Shown here: one piece after another, positions 9,015 to 18,647 of the stretch
Numbering within the stretch: the stretch's first letter is position 1
Layout of the letters: every line of letters begins with the position of its first letter
Assembly: GCA_963816215.1 (NCBI GenBank)
Contig: CAWFKB010000011.1
Span: 24,003-88,002 of the forward strand
Direction of reading: 5' to 3'
Source of the DNA: an uncultured Chloroflexia bacterium
GTDB lineage: Bacteria > Chloroflexota > Limnocylindria > QHBO01
DNA: 64,000 nt
Position numbers and translations under genes: made by a program
Notes under the pieces: model-generated
Seen by the model: only the letters and a program-made list of their open reading frames with translations
Told to the model about the DNA's origin: nothing
Databases searched by the model: none

Positions 9015-10355
9015 TCACTCCGAGTAGATCATCTCCCGCACGGCGCTGATCTCGCGCCGCAGCTCGTCGTTCTCCTGCATCTCGCGGTTGATCTTGTCGC
9101 AGGCGTGGAGGACGGTGGAATGGTCGCGTCCACCCAGCTCGGCACCGATCCGCAGGAGCGAGATATCGGTCTCTTCGCGGATCAGGTACATCGCGATCTG
9201 GCGCGGGACGACGATGGCCTTTTCCCGCTTGCTGCTGCGCAGCTGGTCCAGGTTCACGCCGTAGTAGTCGGCCACCACGCGCACGATGCGTTGGGGGGTG
9301 ATCGATCGCTTGCGCGGGTTGTACATGACGTTGCTCAGGACCGCGGACGCCAGTTCGATGTTGATGGGAGCGCCGCTCATGGACGCGTAGGCCAGGACCC
9401 GGTTCAGGGCGCCTTCCAGCTCGCGGACGTTGCTCACCACCTTGCGGGCGATGAAGTCGATGACCTCCGACGGGATGAGATGGAGCTGGTCCTCGGCCTT
9501 GGAGCGAAGGATCGCGATCCGGGTCTCCAGGTCGGGGGGCGTGAGGTCGGCGATGAGCCCCATCTCGAACCGCGATCGGAGCCGCTCCTCCAGGGTGGTG
9601 ATGGCCTTGGGCGGGCGGTCCGAGGACAGGACGATCTGCTTGCCCACCTCGTGGATCGCATTGAAGGTATGGAAGAACTCCTCCTGCGTCCGCTCGCGCT
9701 CGGCGATGAACTGGATGTCGTCGATGAGCAGGACGTCGATGCGTCGATATCGGTTACGGAAGTCCTCCATCTTCTGCTCGCGGATGGAGTTGATGAAGTC
9801 GTTGGTGAACTTCTCGCTGGTCGCGTACATGATCCGCTTGCGCGGGAACTTGGCCGCCACGGCATGACCGATGGCATGCATCAGGTGGGTCTTGCCCAGG
9901 CCCACCCCGCCGTACAGGAAGAGCGGGTTGTAGGCGTGGCCGGGGCGCTCGGCCACCGAGAGGGCCGCGGCGTGGGCCAGGCGGTTGGCGCTGCCCACGA
10001 TGAAGTTCGCGAACGTGTAGCGCGTGTTCAGGTTGACCGCGTTGCCGCTGGGGGTGGTGACCGGGACCGGGGTCAGCTCGTCGCTGGCCTGCTCCGGCGC
10101 GGGACCGGGCGCGTCCGCGACCACGAACTCGACCCGGACCGAGCGGCCCACCACGCGGGCGAGGGTCTGGCTGATCAGGGTCCGGTAGCGGTTATCGAGC
10201 CAATCCCGGGTGAAGCCGTTGGGTGCAGAAATCCGGAACAGGTGCTCGTCTATCTCCTCGAGCGAGGTGTCCTTCAGCCACGTTTCGAAGTTGGCAGCTG
10301 AGAGGCTGACCTGCAGCTCGCCAAGGACGGCGCGCCACACCTGTTTCGCATCCAT
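9015..10355 (-). CDS. dnaA: Chromosomal replication initiator DnaA
   Basis: Walker A GGVGLGKTHLMHAIG, C-terminal DNA-binding signature GGRDHSTVLHACDKI, 446 aa. Confidence 0.97.
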   Translation of the reverse strand: MDAKQVWRAVLGELQVSLSAANFETWLKDTSLEEIDEHLFRISAPNGFTRDWLDNRYRTLISQTLARVVGRSVRVEFVVADAPGPAPEQASDELTPVPVTTPSGNAVNLNTRYTFANFIVGSANRLAHAAALSVAERPGHAYNPLFLYGGVGLGKTHLMHAIGHAVAAKFPRKRIMYATSEKFTNDFINSIREQKMEDFRNRYRRIDVLLIDDIQFIAERERTQEEFFHTFNAIHEVGKQIVLSSDRPPKAITTLEERLRSRFEMGLIADLTPPDLETRIAILRSKAEDQLHLIPSEVIDFIARKVVSNVRELEGALNRVLAYASMSGAPINIELASAVLSNVMYNPRKRSITPQRIVRVVADYYGVNLDQLRSSKREKAIVVPRQIAMYLIREETDISLLRIGAELGGRDHSTVLHACDKINREMQENDELRREISAVREMIYSE

Positions 10356-10644
10356 TCGACAGACGCCTCCAGGCCGGCCTTGGGAGTACCACGGACCGGG
10401 CGAAATCCGAGAATCTGGTATGCCACCGGGGCGGGCACGGCCCGTAGTCGTGGGGCGTCTGGTCCCGGAGGTCGGCGTAGTGTAGCGCCAGCCGGTGGGG
10501 TGGGCAATGATTGTTCACCGCTGATAGAATCGCGGCCGCGCACCGCAGTCCGTGATGGACCGATGAGGCTGGCGAGACGCCAGCCTCGCACAGTGTTTGA
10601 CGGCTGCGACGCCATGGTTCAACAGAGGGAAAGCCAGAGCGACG

Positions 10645-10779
10645 ATGAAACGGACCTACCAGCCCAAGAAGCGCGCCCGAAAGCGGAATCACGGCTTTCG
10701 CGCTCGCATGGCTTCCAAGGGCGGTCGCCGCGTGCTTTCCCGCCGTCGGGCGAGGGGGCGCAGCCGGCTGAGCGCCTGA
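10645..10779 (+). CDS. rpmH: 50S ribosomal protein L34
   Basis: [51 protein letters not shown] Shine-Dalgarno upstream. The track ORF start at 10597 is too early. Confidence 0.95.
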   Translation: MKRTYQPKKRARKRNHGFRARMASKGGRRVLSRRRARGRSRLSA

Positions 10780-10796
10780 GCCCGACGCCCACACTC

Positions 10797-11135
10797 GTGG
10801 CGGCCTACCCGACACTTCGTCGCCGGGCCGACTTCGAGGCGGTGGTTCGCTCGGGAAGCCTCAACGCCACCCGGCTCCTGGTCCTGCGGGCCCGACAAAC
10901 GGAAGAGCCGATCACCCGGATCGGCCTGGCCACTCCCGCCACATTGGGCGGGGCGGTGGAACGCAATCGGGTACGACGCCGCATGCGCGAGCTGGTCCGG
11001 AAGCGCTATGGCGAGATGGGAGCGGGCTGGGACCTGCTGGTGATCACGAAACCCGGGGCGCGTCATGCGTCGTTCGCAGAGCTGGGCGACGCCCTGGATC
11101 AGGTGCTGTCCCGAGCCGGCGTGCGGGAGCGCTGA
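10797..11135 (+). CDS. rnpA: RNase P protein component
   Basis: [12 protein letters not shown]..., [18 protein letters not shown]. Start uncertain: GTG 10797, or CTG 10776 overlapping the rpmH stop as CTGA. Only the last ~112 codons of track ORF 10380..11135 are real. Confidence 0.85.
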   Translation: MAAYPTLRRRADFEAVVRSGSLNATRLLVLRARQTEEPITRIGLATPATLGGAVERNRVRRRMRELVRKRYGEMGAGWDLLVITKPGARHASFAELGDALDQVLSRAGVRER

Positions 11136-11136
11136 C

Positions 11137-11343
11137 GTGCGCTATCTGGGGATGGGCATGATCCGCGCCTACCAGGTCCTCACCGTGTGGATGCCGCCCA
11201 CCTGCCGCTATACCCCGTCGTGCTCGGCCTACACCTACCAGGCGGTCGAGAAGTACGGGTTCTTCCGGGGCTCGTGGATGGGGGCCAAGCGGATCGCCCG
11301 CTGCCACCCGTTCCATCCGGGCGGCTATGACCCGGTCCGCTAG
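11137..11343 (+). CDS. yidD: Membrane protein insertion efficiency factor YidD
   Basis: [62 protein letters not shown] 11137 follows the rnpA stop. Confidence 0.85.
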   Translation: MRYLGMGMIRAYQVLTVWMPPTCRYTPSCSAYTYQAVEKYGFFRGSWMGAKRIARCHPFHPGGYDPVR

Positions 11344-11352
11344 GAACGCACT

Positions 11353-12471
11353 GTGACGCCATTGCTCGCGGACGGATTCTTCGGGATCGAGGTATTCAAT
11401 CCGCCCTGGGACGTCATCTTCCTCCCCCTGTTCAACGCCCTCATCGGGCTGTATCACCTGCTGTTCAGCGACCTGGCCCTGGCCCTCATCGCCCTGACCC
11501 TGATCATCCGGACCCTGCTGGCCCCGCTCTTCATCCGCCAGATCAAGTCCCAGAAGGAGATGCAGCGGCTGCAGCCGCTGCTCCGCGAGGTCCAGCGCAA
11601 GCACAAGGGCAATCCCACCAAGGTGCGCGAGGAGCAGGCCGCCCTGTACCGCGAGCACGGGGTCAGCATGTTCGGCGGCTGCCTGCCCCTTCTGCTCCAG
11701 CTGCCCATCCTGTTCGCCCTGTACCAGACCCTGAGCCGCGCCTCGAGTGTCATCACCTACACCGCGCCCCAGGACCAGCAGGCCAGCTTCGAGGCGTTCC
11801 TGGCGGCCAACCCCGCCATTCAGCTCGTCGGCGAAAACCAGTACCAGATCCCCATCGACGGGACGTGCACCATCCCGCCGGACTTCCACCAGTTCCTGCC
11901 GCTCAACTGCCAGCTGATCACCCCGTTCAAGCTGGACCTGCCCATCGACACGGTCATCGAGTGGCTCACCAACCCGTTCACCCACGTCTCGCTGAACCTG
12001 GCCACCGTGGACCACGCGTTCTCAATCGTGGTTTTCGGCTTCACGCTCTCGCTCCTGGCGGTCATCGCGGCCGCCCTTCAGTTCATCCAGGTCCGGATGA
12101 CGTCGCCGCGCAGCAACAGCGCAGACCCCACCGCGACGACGACCCAGACCATGACCTACCTGTTCCCGATCATGACCATCGTCTGGGGCGGAATCTTCCC
12201 CAGCGGCCTGGTCCTGTATTGGGGCGTCTACACCGCCTACCTCATCGTTCAGCAGTTCCTGATCATGGGGTGGGGCAATCTCTTCCCGCTCTTCGGGTGG
12301 CAGCCCCGCTGGGCTCCGAGCCCTGACGCCGGAGACCTCGGCATGACGGAGACCACCAAGAGCGCCAATCCATCACCGACCAACGGGCAGGACGCTGCCA
12401 CCCCGGCTCCCAATGCCGGGCAGCGTCGCCCAAGCCGTCGGAAGAAAGGCCGGGAGGGCCGACGACGATGA
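11353..12471 (+). CDS. yidC: Membrane protein insertase YidC/Oxa1 family
   Basis: LALIALTLIIRTLLAPLFIRQIKSQKEMQRLQP, GVSMFGGCLPLLLQLPILFALYQTL, and synteny after yidD. Confidence 0.9.
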   Translation: MTPLLADGFFGIEVFNPPWDVIFLPLFNALIGLYHLLFSDLALALIALTLIIRTLLAPLFIRQIKSQKEMQRLQPLLREVQRKHKGNPTKVREEQAALYREHGVSMFGGCLPLLLQLPILFALYQTLSRASSVITYTAPQDQQASFEAFLAANPAIQLVGENQYQIPIDGTCTIPPDFHQFLPLNCQLITPFKLDLPIDTVIEWLTNPFTHVSLNLATVDHAFSIVVFGFTLSLLAVIAAALQFIQVRMTSPRSNSADPTATTTQTMTYLFPIMTIVWGGIFPSGLVLYWGVYTAYLIVQQFLIMGWGNLFPLFGWQPRWAPSPDAGDLGMTETTKSANPSPTNGQDAATPAPNAGQRRPSRRKKGREGRRR

Positions 12472-13454
12472 CCTTCAAGGAATTCAGCGGTAAGAACGTC
12501 GAAGAGGCGATCCGGGCCGCCATGAAAGAGTTCGGCGCCGACCTGTCCGACCTCGACATCGAGATCCTGGCCCAGGGCAGCCGAGGCATCCTCGGCGTGG
12601 GCGGCGACGAGGCGCGGATCCTGGCCGCGCCCAAGTCCGCGGTGGCCGGAGCGGCCACCCTGCGGGTTGAGCCAGAGACCGATGACCGAGCGGAGGCCGA
12701 TGAGCCGGCCCCGGCCTCGCATCCAACCGACCCCGATGACGCCGCCGAGGCGGCGCTGGCCGACGCGGAAGCTGATTCCGTGCCGGTGATGGCTGTCGAG
12801 GCGGCCGAGGCTCCTCGTGGCGCGCCGCGTGGCCGCGGACGGGGACGTGACGGTGACCGCGGCCGGGACCGCGGCAGCAGCCGTCGACCGCCGTCAGAGG
12901 GCCGGTCGTCGGAGGGTCGCAACGGCGACTCCCGGCCGGAGCCGCGTCCGTTCGTGCCGGCCAAGCCCATGGAGGAGCTCTCCGACTCGGAGCGCGCCAC
13001 CCTGGACGAGGCCAAGTCTGTTCTCGAGGAGCTTCTGCGGCTCATGGAGCTCAAGGGCACCGTCGAGATCCAGATGGGCACCGAGGCCGCCAAGCTCAAC
13101 GTGGTGGGGGACGACCTGGGCGTGCTCATCGGTCGCCGTGGCGAGAAGCTGGCCAGCCTCCAGCACATCGTCAACCTGATCGTCGCCCGCAAGGACGAGG
13201 GGCAGCCCAACCGGATCATGGTCGACGTGGAGAACTACCGCGGCCGCCGTGAGGACCAGCTGCGCGACGTCGCCGACCGGGCCGCCAAGCGGGTCGCCCA
13301 GAGCGGGAAGATCATCCAGCTCGAGGCCATGCCGGCCATGGAGCGGCGGATCATCCACCTCGCCCTGGCCGAGCACACCGAGGTGCGCACCCAAAGCGTC
13401 GGCGTGGAGCCCAACCGGCGGGTCGTCATCCTCCCCGCCAACAAGGTCGAGTAG
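12468..13454 (+). CDS. jag: Jag/KhpB RNA-binding protein (Jag_N, KH, R3H) with a long disordered insert
   Basis: N-terminus FSGKNVEEAIRAAMKEFGADLSDLDIEIL. C-terminal KH/R3H region (GRRGEKLASLQHIVNLIV, MPAMERRIIHLAL). 4-nt overlap with yidC. Confidence 0.8.
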   Translation: MTFKEFSGKNVEEAIRAAMKEFGADLSDLDIEILAQGSRGILGVGGDEARILAAPKSAVAGAATLRVEPETDDRAEADEPAPASHPTDPDDAAEAALADAEADSVPVMAVEAAEAPRGAPRGRGRGRDGDRGRDRGSSRRPPSEGRSSEGRNGDSRPEPRPFVPAKPMEELSDSERATLDEAKSVLEELLRLMELKGTVEIQMGTEAAKLNVVGDDLGVLIGRRGEKLASLQHIVNLIVARKDEGQPNRIMVDVENYRGRREDQLRDVADRAAKRVAQSGKIIQLEAMPAMERRIIHLALAEHTEVRTQSVGVEPNRRVVILPANKVE

Positions 13455-13465
13455 GGCCCACCGAC

Positions 13466-13909
13466 GTGGAGCGGGCCGGCGGCCCGGTCCGCGCCATCGG
13501 GCGGCTCGCGCCCTCCGGGGCGTGGGTGGGGATCGAGCCGCTCGCGAGCGGCTATCGGCTCGTCTTCGGCGCTCCCGACGGCGCGCTCATGCCGGACCTC
13601 ACCGATGACCCGGCGCGGGTCCGGGAGGGCCTGGTGGCCGCCGCGATCGTCTACTTCCTCGCGTCCCTCCCCGAGCCTCCCGGGGAGCTGGAGGCGACCC
13701 AGGCCGACATGGCGGCCCTGCTCACCGAGCTGCGGGCGCGCATGACCGGATCAGACCGCGCCCTCGCCTCCGAAGCCCTGGACGCGGTGGACGACGGGTT
13801 GCCGGGCGACGCGGTCGTCCTGCGCCTGCAGCGCCTGCTGCCGCCCGACAGTCCGGACCCAGCCGAGGTGCTGCAGACTCGCTACCGGACCCTCAGCGAG
13901 GCGCGCTAG
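13466..13909 (+). CDS. Hypothetical protein
   Basis: 147-codon ORF with high third-position GC and ordinary amino-acid composition. No recognisable motif and no clear SD. Confidence 0.45.
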   Translation: MERAGGPVRAIGRLAPSGAWVGIEPLASGYRLVFGAPDGALMPDLTDDPARVREGLVAAAIVYFLASLPEPPGELEATQADMAALLTELRARMTGSDRALASEALDAVDDGLPGDAVVLRLQRLLPPDSPDPAEVLQTRYRTLSEAR

Positions 13910-13926
13910 GCGCACCTCGGCCGTCG

Positions 13927-14376
13927 TCAGGCAGCGGGAGGAGCGGGGGGCGCCGGCGGCGCGGCTGCCGTCCCCTTCTCGGCCTGGAACGCTCGCCACC
14001 CGGCGAACAGCATGACCAGCGAGGCCACGAGGCCGATCAGAAACTGGATCGTGTCGACCGTGAAGATCGGCGGCTCGAGGATGTAGTTGATCCACTGGAG
14101 GGTCACCAGCACCCAGAACAGGGCCGCGGCGCCGCCCAGGACCAGCAGGAGCATGCCGTGCGCCATGGGGAGGTTGACGTTCGGCGCCACCCTGGCCCGG
14201 AAGACCACGAACAGGACGCCCACTGCGGCCAGCAGTGGAATCACCATGAGGAACCCCCAGGCCCAGACGAGGCTGATCAGGGAGCAGATGAGGGCCACCA
14301 CGGCAGCGATGGCGGCCATGCGGTCATTGCCGCTCAGGGCAGAGAACATGGGCGTTTCTTCTCCAACTCGGCGCAT
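13927..14376 (-). CDS. Hypothetical integral membrane protein (about 4 TM helices, Pro/Ala-rich tail)
   Basis: Hydrophobic segments AAIAAVVALICSLISLVWAWGFLMVIPLLAAVGVLFVVF, LLLVLGGAAALFWVLVTLQW and FLIGLVASLVMLFAGW. ATG 14349 is an alternative start. Confidence 0.55.
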   Translation of the reverse strand: MRRVGEETPMFSALSGNDRMAAIAAVVALICSLISLVWAWGFLMVIPLLAAVGVLFVVFRARVAPNVNLPMAHGMLLLVLGGAAALFWVLVTLQWINYILEPPIFTVDTIQFLIGLVASLVMLFAGWRAFQAEKGTAAAPPAPPAPPAA

Positions 14377-14419
14377 ATGGCGCGAGAAATCCTCGGCCCA
14401 CAGACCCTACCGTGCGCGG

Positions 14420-14441
14420 CATCGGTCAGGCAAGACCGATG
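14420..14441 (-). terminator. Hairpin just downstream of the tmRNA 3' end
   Basis: CATCGGTC-AGGCAA-GACCGATG, an 8-bp perfect stem with a 6-nt loop, 12 nt past the ssrA CCA end. No U tract, so terminator function is uncertain. Confidence 0.3.
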
Positions 14442-14452
14442 TGAAGGAGGAA

Positions 14453-14811
14453 TGGTGGAGATGGGGGAGAATCGAACTCCCCGTCCAGAACTGAGTTGCC
14501 GGGTCTCACTACGAGCGTTTCCGGCCTATTTGGGTTTCGGGTCTCGGGCCCCCAACCGGCGGGGTGCTCCGAGTCCTATCCGGCCGCCTTTCGGCTCTTT
14601 GTCACCGCTCACCGGAGTCGGCGGTGCCGCATCTCCCCTGAATGACACTTTCACCGCCCGGGGAGAGGGGACGGTGTCCGTGCTCACTGCCTAGGCAGCG
14701 AGGGCGAACTGACGGTTGCCAGTTACGGTTTGCCCGCGGTTTAACGAGGCCTGCGGGCGACCTCGGCTCGCGATTCCCGGTTCCTGGGCCCTGTCGAAAC
14801 CTGACATCCCC
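14453..14811 (-). ncRNA. ssrA: tmRNA (SsrA)
   Basis: The minus strand begins GGGGATGTCAGGTTTCGACAGG and ends GGGGAGTTCGATTCTCCCCCATCTCCACCA. The acceptor stem GGGGAUG/CAUCUCC contains the G3:U pair. The internal tag frame ends ...GNRQFALAA-TAG (stop at 14693-14691). It lies directly downstream of smpB. Confidence 0.9.
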
Positions 14812-14886
14812 ACGAACACCGGACGGCTGTGCCCGGTCCATCGAGCATACCACGGGCCCTCTGCGGCTCCGGTTGGGCGAGTTGGG

Positions 14887-15345
14887 CTAGAAGCGGACCC
14901 GGACCTTCGACTCGCGCTCGAGCTCGCGCCGCGCATCGCGCTCGGCGATGATCCGGCGCTTGTCGTGTGTCTTGCGCCCGCGCGCGACGCCCAGCTCCAC
15001 CTTCGCCAGCCCGTCGCGGATGTACAGCTTCAAGGGGACCAGGGTGTAGCCCTTGCTCTGGGTCTTACCCACCAGCTCCGAGATCTGGTCCCGATGGAGG
15101 AGCAGCTTGCGGGTCCGGGTGGGCTCGTGGTTGAAGCGGCTGGCCTGCTCGTAGGGAGCGATGTGCGCACCGATGAGCCAGGCCTCGCCCCGCTCGATTC
15201 GGGCGTAGGCCTCGGCAAGGTTGGCGCGGCCGGCCCGGATGCTCTTGATCTCGGTTCCGGTCAGGACGAGGCCGGCCTCGAGCGTCTCCTCGACAGCGAA
15301 CTCGTGGCGGGCGCGGCGGTTCAGCGCAACGGTCTGGTCAGGCAT
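14887..15345 (-). CDS. smpB: SsrA-binding protein SmpB
   Basis: [39 protein letters not shown]...KLLLHRDQI. The start is ATG 15345, not the track start 15471. Confidence 0.92.
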   Translation of the reverse strand: MPDQTVALNRRARHEFAVEETLEAGLVLTGTEIKSIRAGRANLAEAYARIERGEAWLIGAHIAPYEQASRFNHEPTRTRKLLLHRDQISELVGKTQSKGYTLVPLKLYIRDGLAKVELGVARGRKTHDKRRIIAERDARRELERESKVRVRF

Positions 15346-15362
15346 GTCCCTTGGGGTGAGAT

Positions 15363-15389
15363 GGAAAGAGCCGGCCTGCCGGCCGGCTC
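15363..15389 (-). terminator. Rho-independent terminator-like hairpin after the S41 protease gene
   Basis: On the minus strand: GAGCCGGCC-GGCA-GGCCGGCTC (9-bp GC stem) followed by TTTCC. Confidence 0.55.
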
Positions 15390-15508
15390 CATCCTGCGCT
15401 ACCACGCGATGGCTGTGTCTAATGCACCGCCCCGGTGGTGGCGCGCCTGGAACTGTCCATCTGCACACCACCTCCTTTCGTGGCCGCGGATGCTAGCACG
15501 CGCCGCAA

Positions 15509-16945
15509 TCAGCCCACAACCCATCCGGGACTGACGCGACCCACCACGCTCATGGGCACGAGGCCAGCGGCGGCGCCCGCCCCCGGAACCGGTGCCGAGG
15601 CGGCCTGCTGGTCCAGCGTGCCCAGGTACTGCAGGGCGCGATCCAGGACGGGATCCTGGTTGGGCGGTGTGCCCTCGGGAACGGCGACCACGATGTCGGG
15701 CTGGATTCCGTCGGGTGCCACGCTGTTGTGGTCCGGGGTGAACCAGCGCGAGATCGTGATCCGGACGCCGCCCCCGTTGACCAGCTGGTCCCAGACCTGG
15801 ACCGTGTTCTTGCCGTAGCTGGGCTCACCGATGATCTCGGCTCGATCAGTCTCGTCCAGCGCGGCAGCCACGATCTCGGACGCGGAGGCCGAGCCGCCGT
15901 TGATGAGGACCACCAGCGAGACGTGCGGGTCGGTGGCGAGGCCATCGCCCGTCGCCTCCCAGCGCTTGACCTCACCGCCCGAGGACTCCTGGGTGAAGAG
16001 CAGGCCCTCGGCCACGAACTCCGACGCCACCTCCTGGGCGGCGCTGATGTAGCCACCAGGGTTGTCGCGCAGGTCGAACACGATCTGGTCCGCGCCCTGG
16101 TCGAGCAGCTTCTCCAGCTCGTCGTGGAACTGCTTGCTGGCGTCGGCGCTGAACCCGTGGAGCGCGATGTAGCCCACGTGGTCGTCGATCATCCGGCTCT
16201 CGACCTCCACCACCGTGATCTGGGCCCGGGTGATGGTCAGGTCCGAAACCTCGCCGTCGCGGCTGATGGTCAGCGTTACGTCGGTTCCTTCCGGGCCGCG
16301 CACCTTGGTGATCGCGTCCTCGATGGTGCCGCCGTTCACGCTCTCGCCGTCGATGGCCTGGACCACGTCCCCTGACTGGAGGCCGGCCGCTTCGGCCGGC
16401 GATCCGTGGATGGGGGCGACAACCTCCAGGACGCATGTGTCGGAGAGGGTCTGGCACGCCGCCAGGTCGTCGGGGTTCTCGGTGTTGCTCACGGCCAGCT
16501 CGGCCCCGATCCCGCTGAACGTGCCCTGCAGGTCGCCGAGCGAGTTCTCGTAGTCCTGCGGGCTCATGTAGCCGCTGTGCGGATCGGGGACGCCGTACTG
16601 GAACATCCCGTGCAGCGCACCGTCGACCAGCAGGTCGTCGTCGAGCGGGTCCACGTACTCCGCGTGAAGCTTGTCGTAGGCCTCGCAGAAGGCCGCGAAG
16701 GCTTCGCTGGGAGCCGCGCACGAGCTGCCGCTGCCGCCGGCGGCCAGGTAGCCGCCGATGAACAGGAACGTGCCGAGCAGGGCGGCCAGGCCGAAGAGCG
16801 CCGCATAGCGCAGCGAGCGGCCGGCCGTCGAGCGCGTGGGCGCCTCGGTGGGCAGCGGCGCAGGGCCGGCCGGTGTGCCCGTGGGCTCCGGCGCGGGGTC
16901 AGGCAGATCTGCCGCAGGCAGGTCCGAAGGTGTGGTGTCGTCCAT
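15509..16945 (-). CDS. S41 family carboxyl-terminal processing protease with PDZ domain
   Basis: PDZ segment GSPAEAAGLQSGDVVQAIDG. Catalytic-serine region LINGGSASASEIVAAAL. N-terminal TM anchor. Confidence 0.85.
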   Translation of the reverse strand: MDDTTPSDLPAADLPDPAPEPTGTPAGPAPLPTEAPTRSTAGRSLRYAALFGLAALLGTFLFIGGYLAAGGSGSSCAAPSEAFAAFCEAYDKLHAEYVDPLDDDLLVDGALHGMFQYGVPDPHSGYMSPQDYENSLGDLQGTFSGIGAELAVSNTENPDDLAACQTLSDTCVLEVVAPIHGSPAEAAGLQSGDVVQAIDGESVNGGTIEDAITKVRGPEGTDVTLTISRDGEVSDLTITRAQITVVEVESRMIDDHVGYIALHGFSADASKQFHDELEKLLDQGADQIVFDLRDNPGGYISAAQEVASEFVAEGLLFTQESSGGEVKRWEATGDGLATDPHVSLVVLINGGSASASEIVAAALDETDRAEIIGEPSYGKNTVQVWDQLVNGGGVRITISRWFTPDHNSVAPDGIQPDIVVAVPEGTPPNQDPVLDRALQYLGTLDQQAASAPVPGAGAAAGLVPMSVVGRVSPGWVVG

Positions 16946-17015
16946 TTGGGGTGCTGGAGTGTAGCAGCGGCCCGGTCAAGGCCCGGTTTCGGTCAGATGG
17001 GGGTTTCGCAATGCG

Positions 17016-17909
17016 TCACGCGCCCGCTCCCAGGTGGGCACGGACGCTGATCCAGCTGCCCAGCATGCCGACCACCAGGCCCACCGACAGGATGAGGGCC
17101 GCGACGAAGGTGTAGAACTGGGCGCCGACCGCGGTGGGCATCTGGAAGATCTCGATCAGCAGCGGCTGGACCGGGCCCCACACGAGGGCCACCAGGAGCA
17201 CGGTGACGAGGGCTCCGAGCAGGCCGCACAGCATGCCCTCGACGATGAACGGCCAGCGGATGAACGCGTCGCTGGCGCCCACCAGGCGCATGATCTCGAT
17301 CTCCCGACTGCGGGAGAAGACCGCGATCCGGATCGTGTTGACGATCATGAAGACCACGGTCAGCCCCACCAGGACCATGGCCGCGATCCCGGCCAGGCGG
17401 ACGACGTTGGTGACCCCCAGCAGCTTGTCGTATTGCTCCTGGCGGGTCGTTATCCGCTCGATCTCCGGCCGTTCGGCCAAGGCCGCCGCGACCGAGTCGC
17501 CCATGACCGGATCGGTCAGGTCCACCTCGATGCTGGCGTACAGGCTGATCTGGGCGCCGCCGGTGTCCAGCTCCTGGCCGCGCTCGGCATAGGCCTCCTC
17601 CAGCCGACGCATGGCCTCATCGGGAGAGACGTAGGTGACCGATGCGACGCCGGGGATCTGTTCCACGTCGGCGAGCAGGGCATCCACGTCTGCCGGGGCC
17701 AGGTCCTCGACCAAGCGGGCGGTGACCCCCACCTTGCTCTCGATGTAGGCCAGGCCCGAGTTCAACCCGCCCAGGACGATGACCAGCCCGGACAGGAGGA
17801 CCAGCATCAGGATGACGGTGGCCGTCGCGGCCAGGCTCATCATCTTGTTGCGCCAGAAGCCCTGGCCGGCGCGGACCAGGGCAAACCGCAGGAAGCGCAG
17901 GAAGCCCAT
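17016..17909 (-). CDS. ftsX: Cell division permease-like protein FtsX
   Basis: 297 aa, with 4 TM segments and a large first periplasmic loop. N-terminus GFWRNKMMSLAATATVILML. Directly downstream of ftsE. Confidence 0.9.
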   Translation of the reverse strand: MGFLRFLRFALVRAGQGFWRNKMMSLAATATVILMLVLLSGLVIVLGGLNSGLAYIESKVGVTARLVEDLAPADVDALLADVEQIPGVASVTYVSPDEAMRRLEEAYAERGQELDTGGAQISLYASIEVDLTDPVMGDSVAAALAERPEIERITTRQEQYDKLLGVTNVVRLAGIAAMVLVGLTVVFMIVNTIRIAVFSRSREIEIMRLVGASDAFIRWPFIVEGMLCGLLGALVTVLLVALVWGPVQPLLIEIFQMPTAVGAQFYTFVAALILSVGLVVGMLGSWISVRAHLGAGA

Positions 17910-17930
17910 CGGTGCGCATCCTACCCGGGG

Positions 17931-18647
17931 TCAGCCGCGACGGTAGGCAGCCCCCAGTTCGTCGCGCACGATCTTGCCGCCTTCGAGGGCCACCACCCGG
18001 CGGCGAAGGGCGGTCACGATCTCCTGGTTGTGGGTGGCCATGACCAGGGTCGTCCCCAGCCCGTTGATCTCGAGCAGGAGCTGGACGATCTCCCAGCCGG
18101 TGACCGGATCGAGGTTGCCGGTGGGTTCGTCCGCGATGAGGATGGCCGGGTCGTGGACGAGAGCCCGGGCGATGGCCGCCCGCTGCTGCTCGCCGCCGGA
18201 CAGTTGGCTCGGCAGCTGGTTGGCCTGGTCCTCGAGGCCCACCAGGGACAGGAGGCGTGGCACGCGACGCCGGATCTCCGACAGCGGCGCCCCGGTCACC
18301 TCCAGGGCGAAGGCCACGTTCTCGCGAACCGTCTTGTTGGGGAGGAGGCGGAAGTCCTGGAACACGACCCCGATCCGGCGCCGGAGGCGGTGAACCTGGC
18401 TGCGGCTGACCCGGGCCAGGTCGCGGCCTGCCAGGTACACCCGCCCGCTGCTCGCCACCTGCTCGCGGATGAGCAGCCGGATGAGGGTGGACTTGCCCGC
18501 GCCCGACGGCCCCACCAGGAAGATGAAGTCACCGCGCCGGATGTCCAGGTCCACGTTGTTGAGGGCCACCTTGCCGTTGGGGTAGGTGACGCTGACGTCC
18601 ACCAGGCGGATGAGCGCTTCCTCGGTCGTCGTCGCGGGAGCGGTCAT
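17931..18647 (-). CDS. ftsE: Cell division ATP-binding protein FtsE
   Basis: Walker A GPSGAGKSTL, signature LSGGEQQR, Walker B ILIADEPTGNLD. 4-nt overlap with the prfB stop. Confidence 0.92.
   Translation of the reverse strand: MTAPATTTEEALIRLVDVSVTYPNGKVALNNVDLDIRRGDFIFLVGPSGAGKSTLIRLLIREQVASSGRVYLAGRDLARVSRSQVHRLRRRIGVVFQDFRLLPNKTVRENVAFALEVTGAPLSEIRRRVPRLLSLVGLEDQANQLPSQLSGGEQQRAAIARALVHDPAILIADEPTGNLDPVTGWEIVQLLLEINGLGTTLVMATHNQEIVTALRRRVVALEGGKIVRDELGAAYRRG

Noticed and set aside
10356-10644. rpmH-dnaA spacer as a classical DnaA-box-rich oriC
   Set aside because: Only one weak box (TTGTTCACC) was found by eye. The TAGAAT at 10525-10530 and the hairpin at 10565-10587 look more like rpmH promoter/leader elements.
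14691-14936. 81-aa minus-strand ORF ending in QFALAA
   Set aside because: It is the tmRNA tag reading frame extended upstream through the tmRNA 5' domain and into the 3' end of smpB. It is not a protein gene.
15346-15480. Strong AAAGGAGGTG followed by an in-frame GTG (15471), suggesting a 42-aa longer SmpB, or a 13-codon uORF from ATG 15458
   Set aside because: The GTG overlaps the SD itself, so there is no spacing. GC3 of the extension is only about 63 percent. The extension contains the terminator hairpin, and SmpB homology starts at ATG 15345. The uORF is too short to support.
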